Shown here piece by piece: positions 12,296-27,018 of a stretch of 64,000 bases of DNA. The stretch covers positions 35,836,001-35,900,000 of the forward strand of contig OZ024757.1 of assembly GCA_964016885.1 (NCBI GenBank), in the 5' to 3' direction. The notes below the pieces were generated by a model. It had not been told where the DNA came from. It searched no databases and saw only the letters and a list, made by a program, of their open reading frames with translations. Origin of the DNA: Eledone cirrhosa (lineage: Eukaryota). Position 1 is the stretch's first letter. The number at the start of each line of letters is the position of its first letter. Both the position numbers and the translations under genes were made by a program.

Positions 12296-12348
<53 letters not shown>

Positions 12349-12633
12349 CACACCACGCCCTACTGAAGATGCGTTAATTAAAACACAGTGCGTGATAAAG
12401 CGAAAACAAGGAAAATATCTCCAACAATAATTAATGAAAACGTGATCAGCGTGACAATGCCTGTCTGGTGTTGGAATCCTTAAAGAAATGAGGTGATCCC
12501 GAGACGACATTTAACTACTAATATGTAACTGTAATGTTTGTGTGTGTGTGTGTGTGTGACAGGCTATCCTCGTAGGGTGCTGTGCATAACTCGACTTATA
12601 TGACATTACAGATGATACGATATGAGTGTCTGT

Positions 12634-12675
<42 letters not shown>

Positions 12676-12815
12676 AACATCCATTTCACTTGTAGGTATA
12701 TATATACATATAAGCTTCCACTTGTGTGTGTATATATATATGATATATATATATAATGTATATATACATATGTATATATATGTATATTATATATATATAT
12801 TATATATATATATTA

Positions 12816-12847
<32 letters not shown>

Positions 12848-12923
12848 CATACGAAGAAGAGTATCTGTGATATATATATATTTATAAACATCCAGTTGAC
12901 TTATATGTATATATATACACACG

Positions 12924-12959
<36 letters not shown>

Positions 12960-13121
12960 TAAATACACATGTGTATGTGTTTATATATATATAATATATA
13001 TGTATATATATAATATATGTATGTAAATATATATATATACATATATGTATATATATATATATATATAATATATGTAAATATATATATATATAATATAATA
13101 TGTATATATGTATACATACCT

Positions 13122-13182
<61 letters not shown>

Positions 13183-13892
13183 CCTCCCATTGCAAAGTGT
13201 TGTATGTAGGCGCCACAGGGAAAAAGCACCCAGCGCTCACTGTAAATGAGGTTGGTGTTGGGAAGGGCATCCAGCTGTAGAAATCGAGCCAGAATCAGTT
13301 CCTGTATGAGCAGGGCATGGTCAGCCGACTGGACACTGGCCACAACGGGACAACCCGTCTAACCCATGCTAGCGTGGAAGAACGGACGTAAAACGGTGAT
13401 GATGAATATATATGTATATATATATATATATATACGTCCACTTTACAGTGTGGACTGGGTGCTTTTTTGCCGTGGCACCTCCACGACGACTTTGCATATA
13501 TATATGTATGTATATATATATCATCATCATCATCATCGTTTAACGTCCATGTTCCACGCTTGCATGGGTTTGGACGGGCGTTTTCCCACTTGAGGCAAGA
13601 TTGGTTGTCTTGCTCGCATAGGACTGTCTGGCGGGTTTTCTACAGCTGGATGCCCTTCCTAACACCAACCACATTTACAGTGTGGGGCTGGCAGGTTTTT
13701 ACCATGTTGCCTACACGGCCACATTACAGCGTGGACTGTGTGTTTTTTTGTTGTGACACCTACACGATCTCATTTGTTTCGGCCTGGATGTTGTGGATAT
13801 ATACATATATGTATGTATATATGTATATGTATATATATGTATGTATATATGTATATATATGTATGTATATATGTATATATATGTATGTATAT

Positions 13893-13924
<32 letters not shown>

Positions 13925-14282
13925 GTATATATATATGCATGTATATATATATATGCATGTATATATATATGCATGTATATATATATGTATATATAATATA
14001 TGCATGTATATATATATGTATATATATATATATATGTATATATATAAATGTATGTATATGTATATATGTATGTATATGTATATATATATATATATGTATG
14101 TATATGTATATATATATATATGTATATATATATATGTATATATATGCATGTATATATATGCATATATATGCATGTATATATATATATGCATATATATGCA
14201 TGTATATATATATATGTATATGTATATATATGCATGTATATATATGCATGTATATATATATATGTATATATATATATATGCA

Positions 14283-14612
14283 TGGAGGCACATGGCTTAG
14301 TGGTTATAGCATTGGCCTTGCAATTGAAATCTTGTGAGTTCAATTCTCAGACCAGGTGATGTGTTGTTTCCTTGAGCAAGGCACTTTATTTCACATTGCT
14401 CCAGTTCACTCAGCTGTAGAAATGAGATGATAGGGACTGCGGTCCCTATCATTACACTGCAGAGTGGTCGTGGATGTGCCACGGCAAAAAAAGCACCCAG
14501 CACTCACTGTAAATGACGTTGGTGTTAGGAAGGGCATCCAGCTGTAATCACACCAGAATCAGTTCCCGTCCCACCCTTGCAAGCAGGGAAAAAGCGGACG
14601 TAAAATGAAATG
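14283..14612 (+). mobile_element. tRNA-derived SINE, family A (CORE-like body, RTE-type 3' tail)
   Basis: A-box tggcttagtgg, B-box gagttcaattct, ccttgagcaag..cactt body, tail ggtgttaggaagggcatccagctgt...ggacgtaaaatga. Confidence 0.85.
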
Positions 14613-14817
14613 AAATGAAAAGGAATGAAAATAACCATGTATATATATATATGTATATATATATGTATATATATGCATGTATATATATATATGTATGTAT
14701 ATATATGTATATATATATACGTATTTATATATATACGTATTTATATATATATATGTATTATATATATGCGTATGTATATATATATATGTATATATATGTA
14801 TGTATATATATGTTGCG

Positions 14818-14849
<32 letters not shown>

Positions 14850-14976
14850 CATACGTATATATATATACATATATATATATATATACATACGTATATATAT
14901 ATATACATATATATATATACATACGTATATATATACATATATACGTATATATATATATATGTGTATATATATACAC

Positions 14977-15009
<33 letters not shown>

Positions 15010-15016
15010 TGTATTT

Positions 15017-15047
<31 letters not shown>

Positions 15048-16155
15048 TATATATATGTATATATATATATATATGTATAGATATGTATATATATGTATAT
15101 ATATGTGTATATACATATATATATGTATACATATATATATGTATCTATATATATATGTATCTATATATATGTGTATATATATATGTATAGATATGTATAT
15201 ATATGTATAGATATGTGTATATACATATATATATGTATCTATATATATATGTATCTATATATATATGTATCTATATAGATATGTATATATATGTGTATAT
15301 ACATATATATATGTATCTATATATATATGTATCTATATACATGTGTATGTATATATATATATATGTGTGTATGTATATATATATGTGTATATATATATAT
15401 GTATGTGTATGTATATATGTATATGTATATATATATTTATATATATGCATATATGTATTGAGTACCTTCTGTATATATATGTGTATATATATATATATAT
15501 ATATGTGTATATATATATATGTGTGAATATATATGTATGTGTATATATATATGTATATACATATATATATAAATGTGTATATATATATGTATATATATAT
15601 GTATATATATATGTATATAAACATATATATATGTATGTGTATATATATACACATATGTATGTATATATATGTATGTGTATATATGTATGTATATATATAT
15701 GTATTTATATATATATGTATGTGTATATATGTATGTATATATATATGTATTTATATATATATGTATGTATGTATATATATATGTATTTATATATATATGT
15801 ATGTATGTATATATATATGTATTTATATATATATGTATGTGTATATATATATATATATGTATAGATATATATATATATATATATGTATAGATATGTATAT
15901 ATATGTATATATATGTGTATATATATATGTATATAAAAATGTGTATATATATATATGTGTATGTATATATATATGTATATATATGTGTATGTATATATAT
16001 GTATATATATATATATATGTGTATGTATATATATGTATATATATATATGTGTATATATATGTATATGTATATGTATATATATATATGTATGTGTATGTGT
16101 ATATGTATATATATATGTACATATATGCATATATGTATTGAGTACCTTATGTATA

Positions 16156-16202
<47 letters not shown>

Positions 16203-16275
16203 ATATATATATATATGTGAATATATATGTATGTGTATATATGTATGTGTGTATATATATGTATATATATATACA

Positions 16276-16741
16276 CAACCTGTCAAAGGGCAATGGAGCT
16301 CTTAAGAGTCAATGGCCATCCAAAATCACCGGGAGAGATGACCCCTTAGCCTTTGTCAAGGCAGAATTCTAAGAGAAGGAAAACTCTGATATAACACCTG
16401 CAACTCTGATGGTATCCAATGATGTTGACTTGTTCTTTTTTTTGGTAAATATCATCTTGGTTAAGAGAGTGGGACTGGCTTTGTGCAGTGCCTTTGCTCA
16501 CTATAAAAGCTTCACGGCACAGGCATTGCTTTATATCTGGAGATCTCTCTGCACTTGTCATCACATGGTACCATAGGCCCAGCACTATCTGCCAATAATT
16601 GTCACAAGTGTAATGTTTGTACCAGAGTTTTCAAGTCGCTGGCTGGACTAAAAAGTCACACTCGTTCAGCGCATCAGTGGGGGTTCTCCTACATGGATAT
16701 AAAGTAGTGGCCATACTCGAAAACGAGTTGGCAGCCACCAT
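16276..16741 (+). mobile_element. non-autonomous bipartite RTE-like element, 5'-truncated copy
   Basis: Near-identical to 23360-23822 and 24245-24707. Confidence 0.75.
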
Positions 16742-17416
16742 GTATATATATATATGTATATATATATATCATCATCATCATCATCGTTTAACGTCCATGT
16801 TCCACGCTAGCATGGGTTTGGGCGGGAGTTTTCCCACTTGTGACAAGATTGGTTCTCTTGCTCACATTGGACTGTCTGGCGGGTTTTCTACGGCTGGATG
16901 CCCTTCCTAACACCAACCACATTTACAGTGTGGGACTGTGTGTTTTTTTGTCGTGACACCTACACGATATCATTTGTTTCGGACTGGATGTATATGTATG
17001 TATTTATATATGTATATATATGTATATGTATATATATGTATGTATGTATATATATATATGTATGTATATGTATGTATGTATATATATGTATGTATATGTA
17101 TGTATGTATATGTATGTATGTATATATATATATGTATGTATGTATGTATGTATATATATATGTATGTATATATATGTATATGTATATATATATATGTATG
17201 TATATATATGTATATGTTGGAGCTGTATAAATGAAGTATGTATACATATATGTATATATATATATGTATATGTATGTATATATGTATGTATATATATATG
17301 TATATATATTTATATGTATGTATATATTTATATGTATGTATATACATTTATATGTATGTATATATTTATATGTATATATATATGTATGTATATATATATA
17401 TGTATATATATATATA

Positions 17417-17470
<54 letters not shown>

Positions 17471-17635
17471 TATATATATATGTATGTATATATATATATG
17501 TACATATATATATATATGTATGTATATATGTATGTATGTACATATATGTATGTATGTATATATATATATACATATATATATATACATATATGTATGTATA
17601 TATATCTATATATGTATATATATATTGATATATAG

Positions 17636-17674
<39 letters not shown>

Positions 17675-17729
17675 TATACAGATATATTTATACATACACA
17701 TATATATATATATACATACACATATATAG

Positions 17730-17777
<48 letters not shown>

Positions 17778-17799
17778 GTATATATATACATACACATAT

Positions 17800-19240
17800 C
17801 ATCATCATCATCATCATCATCATCAACGTTTAACGTCCGTGTTCCACGCTTGCATGGGTTTGGACGGGGGTAGTCCCACTTGAGGCAAGAGTGATTGTCC
17901 TGCTCGCATAGGACTGTCTGGCAGGTTTTCTACAGTTGGATGCCCTTCCTAACACCAACCACATTTACAGTGTGGGTCTGGGAGGTTTTTACCGTGTTGC
18001 CTACACGGCCACATTACAGCGTGGACTGCGTGTTTTTTTGTCGTGACACCTACACGATCTCATTTGTTTCGGCCTGGATGGCGCGGCACCAACATAACTT
18101 TACATAGAACGGGGTGGTGTGGATGGGGTGGGGGTGGTGGCGGGACGGGGTGTATTTTGTTAGAGATGCCTACTGGCAAAGCGGGTCTTCTCTGTTACTG
18201 AGTACCGCCAAAGGTCTCGGTCCAGTGACATTGTCTTGGAGAGGTGTAAGTGTGTGAGGTCGGAGTTTATCAGCTCGTCCCAGGTTTTTCTAGGTCTGCC
18301 TATTCCGTGGCTACCGTCTATCTTTATTGCCCTGCACTTTGTTATACAGCTATCGACTTTCATGCGCATCACGTGTCCATACCAACGTAGCCTTCTCTCG
18401 AGTAAACAACATCTGATCCCTCTTATCTCTAATTTTTTCCTTAGTTCGTTTATGCTTTGCCGTTCACGTATATTACTGTTACACATCCAGCGGAGCATGC
18501 AAGCTTCGTTCCTCTCTAGTCTGCGTATATCCTCTGCACACAATGCCCAGGTCTCACTGCCATGCAACATTGCTGTTCGTATGCAGGCATCGTACAACCT
18601 GCCTTTCAATTTTAGGGAGAACCCTTTAGCAGCTAATAGTGGTATAAGCTCTCTGAACTTTTTCCAACCAGTTCTGACTCTAGCTACAGTACTTTCAGAG
18701 CACCCTCCCCCACTGCTGATTTTGTCACTCAGGTAACGGAAGCTGTCCACTATTTCTATAGAACCCTCTGCGCAATTGAAAGAGCTAGTATTTTGTGGGC
18801 ACTTGCTGCTACTTATTGCACCAGAACACCGGCCACATGTAAAATCTATGTTCTTAGTTAGCTTACCTGTGATCCCACTACATCTTTTATGCACCCATAC
18901 TTTGCATTTAGGACATAAAATGGAGTTTCTACCTACGCCTTTCCTACACACCGAGCACGACCATTTCCCAGAAGGGACCGCCGCCTTGTTTTCTTTCCTA
19001 CAAACTAGAACTTTGGTCTTAGCCAGGTTAATTTTAAGTCCTTTTGACTCTAGGCCGTGCTTCCATGTTTGGAATTTCTTCTCTAGCTCGGCCATTGATT
19101 CCGCTATGAGTGTCAGGTCGTCTGCGTATAGGAGTTCCCATGGGCAGCCTGTCTTGAACTCCTCTGTTATAGCCTGAAGGGCAATAATAAATAGTAGGGG
19201 GCTGAGAACAGAGCCCTGATGGACGCCAACTTTTACGCTA
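17800..19240 (-). mobile_element. RTE LINE family 1, 5'-truncated; RT C-terminal half with an embedded PHD finger
   Basis: YADD motif near 19115-19130; ORF 18160-19095 contains KINLAKTK, a C4HC3 finger, FRYL, LHGSETW, RLRWYGHV and GRPRKTW; 3' UTR ends in (gat)n. Confidence 0.93.
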
Positions 19241-19502
19241 AACTCATATATATCTATATATATCTATATATATGTGTATATATATATATCTATATATATG
19301 TGTATATATATATATCTATATATATGTGTATATATATCTATATATATGTGTATATATATCTATATATATATATATCTATATATATATATATATCTATATA
19401 TATATATATCTATATATATATATATATATATATCTATATATATATATATCTATATATATATATATATATCTATATATATATATATCTATATATATATATA
19501 TA

Positions 19503-19535
<33 letters not shown>

Positions 19536-19742
19536 ATATCTATATATATATATATATATATATATATCTATATATATCTATCTATATATCTATATATATA
19601 TATATATATATCTCTATATATATATATCTCTATATATATATATATATCTCTCTCTCTATATATATATCTCTCTCTATATATATATATATATCTCTATATA
19701 TATATATATCTATCTATATATATATCTCTCTATATATATATA

Positions 19743-20470
19743 TCATCATCATCATCATCAGGTTTAGCGTCCGTGTTCCACGCTTGCATGGGTTTGGACG
19801 GGGGTTTTCCCACTTGAGGCAAGAATGGTTGTCTTGCTCGCATAGGACTGTCTGGCGGGTTTTCTACAGTTGGATGCCCTTCCTAACACCAAACACATTT
19901 ACAGTGTGGGGCTGGGAGGTTTTTACCGTGTTGCCGACACGGCCACATTACAGCGTGGACTATCTGGCGGGTTTTCTACAGCTGGATGCCCTTCCTAACA
20001 CCAACCACATTTACAGTGTGGGGCTGGGAGGTTTTTACCGTGTTGCCTACACGGCCACATTTACAGCGTGGACTGTGTGTTTTTTTGTCGTGACACCTAC
20101 ACGATCTCATTTGTTTCGGCCTGGATGTTGTGGGACCAACATAACTGTACATTGAAAGGGGCGGTGTGGATGGGGTGGAGGTGGTAAGACGGGGGGGGGG
20201 GGGGGGGGGGTTGATAGAGATGGCTACTGATTGTAGTAGGTTTTTACTTTGTATTTAGGTAAGGCGGGTCTTCTCTATTACTGAGTACCGCCAAAGGTCT
20301 CGGTCCAGTGACATTGTCTTGGAGAGGTGTAAGCGTGTGAGGTCGGAATTTATCAGCTCGTCCCATGTTTTTCTGGGTCTGCCTACTCCGTGGCTACCGT
20401 CTATCTTTATTGCCCTGCACTTTGTTATACAGCTGTCGTCTTTCATGCGCATCACGTGACCGTACCAACG
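19743..20470 (-). mobile_element. RTE family 1 3' end with internally duplicated 3' UTR
   Basis: MRMKDDSCITKCRAIK...EKTRLT plus tail; the UTR segment is repeated. Confidence 0.9.
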
Positions 20471-20562
20471 ATATATATCTATATATATATATCTCTATAT
20501 ATATATATCTATATATATATATATAGAGGGAGAGATATATATAGATAGATATAGATATATAT

Positions 20563-20657
20563 ATATTGTTATACTTTGGGAGGGTCATGTTGCCAATAAG
20601 AAACACATGCACCAGTTGCTTTCATTTCAACATGACCCTCCCAAAGTATAACAATAT
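20563..20657. repeat. perfect 30-bp inverted repeat with 35-nt loop
   Basis: atattgttatactttgggagggtcatgttg / caacatgaccctcccaaagtataacaatat; a single arm also occurs at 12161. Confidence 0.9.
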
Positions 20658-20774
20658 CGGTTTCAACACACGATTTCAGATAAAGAATCTTGCTAAACAA
20701 ATTCAGAAACGAAATATATATATATAGATATATATATATATAAAAATATATATATATATCTCTCTCTCTCTCTA

Positions 20775-20873
<99 letters not shown>

Positions 20874-21051
20874 ATATATCTATATATCTATATCTATTAT
20901 ATATATATATATATATATCTCTATATATATATCTATATATCTCTCTCTCTCTATATATATATCTATATATATATATATATATATATATCTATATATATAT
21001 ATATATCTATATCTATATATATATATATATATATATCTATATATATATATA

Positions 21052-21081
<30 letters not shown>

Positions 21082-21082
<1 letters not shown>

Positions 21083-21418
21083 GGAGGCACATGGCTTAGT
21101 GGTTAGAGCATTGGACTTGCAATCGAAAGGCTGTGAGTTCAATTCTCAGACCGGGTGATGTGTTGTTTCCTTGAGCAAGACACTTTATTTCACATTGCTC
21201 CAGTTTACTCAGCTGTAGAAATGAGATGATAGGGACTGGGGTCCCTATCATTCCACTGCAAAGTGGTCGTGGAGGTGCCACGGCAAAAAAGCACCCAGCA
21301 CTCACTGTAAATGAGGTTGGTGTTAGGAAGGGCATCCAGCTGTAGAAATCAAGCCAGAATCAGTTCCCGTCCCACCCTTGCAAGCAGGGAAAAAGCGGAC
21401 GTAAAATGAAATGATGAT
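21082..21418 (+). mobile_element. SINE family A, full length
   Basis: Same sequence as 14283, 38229, 50540, 54012 (-) and 61228. Confidence 0.9.
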
Positions 21419-21557
21419 ATATATATATATATATATATATATCTATATATATATATATCTATATCTATATATATATATCTATATATATATGTATATCTAT
21501 ATATATGTGTATGTATATATATATTTATATGTGTATGTATATATATATTTATATATG

Positions 21558-21591
<34 letters not shown>

Positions 21592-21745
21592 TATATATGT
21601 ATATTTATATATGTATATATATGTATATATATGTATATTTATATATGTATATATATGTATATATATATGTATATATATGTATATATATATGTATATATGT
21701 ATATGTATATATATGTATATGTATATATATATATGTATATATATG

Positions 21746-21792
<47 letters not shown>

Positions 21793-22186
21793 TCATCATC
21801 ATCAGGTTTAGCATCCGTGTTCCACGCTTGCATGGGTTTGGACGGGGGTTTTCCCACTTGAGGCAAGAGTGATTGTCTTGCTCGCATAGGACTGTCTGGC
21901 GGGTTTTCTACAGTCGGATGCCCTTCCTAACACCATATATATATATCAATATATATATATATATGTATATATATATATTTATATATGTATATATGTATGT
22001 ATATATGTATATATATATATGTGTATATATATATATGTATATGTATATATATATGTATATATATGTGTATATATATATGTATATGTATATATATATGTAT
22101 ATATATATATGTGTTTATGTATATATATATGTATATGTATATATATATGTATAAGTATATATATATGTATATATATATGTATATGT

Positions 22187-22217
<31 letters not shown>

Positions 22218-22303
22218 TGTATATATGTATATATATGTATATGTATATATATGTATATGTATATATATGTATATATGTATATATATGTATATGTATATAT
22301 ATG

Positions 22304-22382
<79 letters not shown>

Positions 22383-22443
22383 GTATATATATATATATGT
22401 ATATATATATATGTATATATATATATATGTATATATATATATG

Positions 22444-22474
<31 letters not shown>

Positions 22475-22649
22475 GTATATATATTATGTATGTGTATATA
22501 CATATATATGTATATACATATATATACATACAAAGGGCGGAAGAACTCATAAGTCACTGGCCATCGAAGAGTGTGTAAATATATATATACAAATGTACAT
22601 ATGTATGTATATGTGTATATACATGGGTGCATGTGTATGTATATACGCT

Positions 22650-22985
22650 GGGACATAGTCTGGCTGGACACCCAATCACGCAGTTCAACCACTGGGAGTG
22701 AAGGACCCCTTGTCAGGGCTTTCTTTTAGGAGGAGGCAACTAAGGAAACTGGATAACTCCGATATAAAACCTGCTGCTCAGTAGTTACCGATGATGTTGA
22801 TCTTTTCTTCTTTTCAGGTTATAGCTACTGTCGCTCAGAGAGTGGGATTGGCTCAGTGCACAGCCTTTCCTCACTTTAAAAAATATCTTCACGCATAGGC
22901 ATTGCACAATAGAATTAATTAACAAATACTAATAGTGGTATATCGTGCATTGGCTATACTCGATAACGAGGGGGCAGCCATCATA
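22650..22985 (+). mobile_element. diverged relative of the bipartite RTE-like element
   Basis: Shares gatataa..cctg, gatgttga, gagagtgggattggct, cagcctttcctcact and the terminal tactcga..acgag..ggcagcca with 23227. Confidence 0.55.
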
Positions 22986-23175
22986 GATATATAATATATA
23001 TTTATGTATATATATGTATATATGTATGTATTTATATGTATATATATGTATGTATATATGTATATATATATGTATGTATTTATATATATATGTTTATATA
23101 TATATGTATTTACATATATATATATTTATATATATATGTATATATATATATATATATGTATATAATGTATATATG

Positions 23176-23206
<31 letters not shown>

Positions 23207-23226
23207 GTATATATATATATGTATAT

Positions 23227-23821
23227 TGGTGCTACTGGTAACATGTATCCCAGTACAACCTGTCTCATGGTCGGGTCGTTGGCGACTAAACTGGCAACCC
23301 CACCAAGGTTTCTCGGTGAGGAGGGTGACTTTGGACATCCTGCAGGACTAAAAACAAAACCTGTCAAAGGGCAAAGGAGCTCTTAAGAGTCAATGGCCAT
23401 CCAAAATCACCGGGAGAGATGACCCCTTAGCCTTTGTCAAGGCAGAATTCTAGGAGAAGGAAAACTCTGATATAACACCTGCAACCCTGATGGTATCCAA
23501 TGATGTTGACTTGTTCTTTTTTTTGGTAAATATCATCTTGGTTAAGAGAGTGGGACTGGCTTTGTGCAGTGCCTTTGCTCACTATAAAAGCTTAACGGCA
23601 CAGGCATTGCTTTATATCTGGAGATCTCTCTGCACTTGTCGTCACATGGTACCAAAGGCAAAGCACTATGTGTCAATAATTGTCACAAGTGTAGTGTTTG
23701 TACCAGAGTTTTCAAGTCGCTGGCTGGACTAAAAAGTCACACTCGTTCAGCGCATCGGTAGGGGTTCTCCTACATGAATATAAAGTAGTGGCCGTACTCG
23801 AAAACGAGTTGGCAGCCACCA

Positions 23822-23822
<1 letters not shown>
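23227..23822 (+). mobile_element. non-autonomous bipartite RTE-like element (~600 bp)
   Basis: Non-coding structured 5' part joined to an RTE/BovB-type terminal zinc finger ([24 protein letters not shown]); ends in (TA)n. Confidence 0.75.
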
Positions 23823-23857
<35 letters not shown>

Positions 23858-24102
23858 TGTATGTGTATATATGTATATATGTATGTATGTGTATATATAT
23901 ATATGTATATATGTATGTGTATGTATATATATGTATGTATGTATGTGTATATATGTATATGTGTGTGTGTATGTGTATGTATGTATGTATGTATGTATGT
24001 ATACGTATATATGTGTATGTATGTATGTATGTGTATATATATGTATGTGTATATGTGTATGTATGTGTGTATATATGTATGTGTATATATGTGTATATAT
24101 GT

Positions 24103-24707
24103 CAAGTCACCAGTTGGTGCTACTGGTAACATGTATCCCAGTACAACCTGTCTCATGGTCGGGTCGTTGGCGACTAAACTGGCAACCCCACCAAGGTTTC
24201 TTGGTGAGGAGGGTGACTTTGGACATCCTGCAGGACTAAAAACAAAACCTGTCAAAGGGCAAAGGAGCTATTAAGAGTCAATGGCCATCCAAAATCACCG
24301 GGAGAGATGACCCCTTAGCCGTTGTCAAGGCAGAATTCTAGGAGAAGGAAAACTCTGATATAATACCTGCAACCCTGATGGTATCCAATGATGTTGACTT
24401 GTTCTTCTTTTTGGTAAATATCATCTTGGTTAAGAGAGTGGGACTGGCTTTGTGCAGTGCCTTTGCTCACTATAAAAGCTTCACGGCACAGGCATTGCTT
24501 TATATCTGGAGATCTCTCTGCACTTGTCGTCACATGGTACCATGGGCCCAGCACTATGTGTCAATAATTGTCACAGGTGTAGTGTTTGTACCAGAGTTTT
24601 CAAGTCGCTGGCTGGACTAAAAAGTCACTCGTTCAGCGCATCGGTAGGGGTTCTCCTACATGGATATAAAGTAGTGGCCGTACTCGAAAACGAGTTGGCA
24701 GCCACCA
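24103..24707 (+). mobile_element. non-autonomous bipartite RTE-like element, most complete copy
   Basis: Near-identical to 23227-23822, with extra 5' bases aagtcaccag. Confidence 0.75.
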
Positions 24708-24891
24708 TATATATATGTATGTATATATATATGTATATATATATGTATATATATATATATGTATGTACATATATATGTATGTATATATATATGTATGAAT
24801 ATATATATGTATATATGTATATATATCTATATCTATATATATATATATGTATATATGTATATATATGTATGAATATATATGTATGTATATA

Positions 24892-24933
<42 letters not shown>

Positions 24934-24979
24934 TATGTATATCTATTCATATATACATGTATATGTATTCATATATATT

Positions 24980-25017
<38 letters not shown>

Positions 25018-25997
25018 CATATATATATGTATATGTATTTATATATATTTATGTATATATATATATGTATGCATATATATTTATGTATATATATATATGT
25101 ATGCATATATATTTATGTATATATATATATGCATATATATTTATGTATATATATATGTATGCATATATATGTATGCATATATATTTATGTATATATATAT
25201 TTATATATATATATGTATGTATATATATATATATATGTATGCATATATATTTATGTATATATATATGTATGCATATATATTTGTATATATATGTATGTGT
25301 ATATATTTATGTGTATATATATGTATGCATATATGTATGTATATATATATATATATGTATGTATATATATATATATATATATATGTGTGCGTATATCTAT
25401 TTGTGTATACATATGTGTGTATATATTTGTGTATATATATGCGTGTATATATATGCGTGTATATATATTTATGTATATATATATATATGTAAACATGTAT
25501 ATATGTATGTTTATATATATATATATATGTATATATATGTATGTGTCTATATATACATGTGTGTATATATGTCTATATATATGTATGGGTAAATACATAT
25601 ATGTATGTGTATATATATATATGTGTGTATATATATGTGTGTATATATATTTATGTGAATATATATGTATGTATGTATGTGTATATATGTATGTGAATAT
25701 ATATGTATGTATGTATGTATGTGTGTATTTTCTCACGCATCATCGTAAAAACGATGATATATGTGTTTGTGACAAATTGAGATGACAATACATATTAACA
25801 TGTTCAACTAATGCTTACGTTATTAGAGTTTAGTAAAAGGAGAGCAATAATATATATATATTGTGTTATTGGAAGTATTAACTCTCGTTGTTTCATATAA
25901 ATTATGTAGGTAAATATATGCCTGAACAATGATGGAATGCATTAATTTATTACAAGTTGACATGTACCCTAAAATGACAATCGATTATTAATTATCA

Positions 25998-26030
<33 letters not shown>

Positions 26031-26041
26031 GTGTGTGTGTG

Positions 26042-26075
<34 letters not shown>

Positions 26076-26729
26076 AAATAGTCTTTTAAGACTATACAGA
26101 GCATTTGTAGTTTTTCCTAATTGAAGGATAAGTATTTAAAACTTTATTTTACTCTGAGTTAGGGCTCTATTGATTTTTCCCTGGATTTCACCAAATTCTG
26201 TGGATGAATCTATATTCTGATTCTTTTTGAATTGAGTTTGAATTATTTTCCCACATCTTACGTTAACTATTTTTCCATTTTGACGCTATAGTCACTTATA
26301 TATTATGGAATACTGTTGGCTTTTTGCTACAATCATTTCTATACTTTTCATTTATATATATTATATATATTATGATGATAATGATGATATATTTCAACTG
26401 TGTCTCAAAAGTCTCGAAATAAACGAAGGATTCCAGACTTTGCACACAATATATATGAGTTCGGAAATAGCTATTGAAACGGTAGGAGCTCAGCCGTCGG
26501 GGTCCCGAATCCTTCATATATATATATATGTGTGTGTATGTGTAAGTGGTGTTATTTAACCATAAGTCAGCCTATAGAGAGCAGGCCTCTCTACGATCAT
26601 ACGATCATAAATAAATGTTGCTTTTTTTTAAGAGTCTAACTCGACATTAACTGGTGGTGTCTTTCCTCTTTCATGCCCCCCCCCCCAATATAACGAACAT
26701 CACACACACACACATGAATATACGTACAT

Positions 26730-26760
<31 letters not shown>

Positions 26761-26823
26761 AACTAGGTTGTTATTATTGGTTGATTTTGTTCCTTTCGTT
26801 TTGTAACGCCATTATTTATTTTT

Positions 26824-27018
26824 AGGGCGGTGGATTGGCAGTATCGGTAGAGGGTTGGACGCCATGCTTTGACGTATAGAGTTACGGCCCTTGCCATTCT
26901 GAGTTCAAATCCCGCCGAGGTTAACTTTGCCTTTCATCCTTACGGGGTCGATAAAATAAAGTACCAGTAATGCACTGGGTAATTGCTGGCCTTGTGCCAA
27001 AAGTAGAAACAATTATTT
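26824..27018 (+). mobile_element. SINE family B, full length
   Basis: ggcggtggattggcagtatcggtagag head, ctgagttcaaatccc B-box, tail ggccttgtgccaaaagtagaaacaatt. Confidence 0.85.

Larger units (their letters stand above)
12630..25730. repeat. (TA)n/(TATG)n/(TATC)n microsatellite field interrupted by SINE and LINE pieces
   Basis: Seen directly; source of the YIYI/MYIC pseudo-ORFs. Confidence 0.95.

Noticed and set aside
12363-12410. CTGAAGA...CGAAA hammerhead candidate
   Set aside because: No convincing stem II closing at GAAA and no stem I/III or UH site.
18110-18150. G-quadruplex-like G-runs (also 20159-20210)
   Set aside because: They are part of the RTE 3' UTR in every copy, with nothing locus-specific to support function.
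21082-21160. tRNA genes at SINE heads
   Set aside because: A/B boxes are present but there is no full cloverleaf, and they continue into the SINE body and RTE tail.
12162-25785. Dozens of 60-320 aa YIYI/MYIC ORFs
   Set aside because: They are translations of (TA)n/(TATG)n microsatellites, which lack stop codons by composition.
26385-26460. FQLCLKSLEINEGFQ as possible Vav exon 2
   Set aside because: Only LCLK matches; there is no AG acceptor in phase and the downstream F.....LF motifs are absent.
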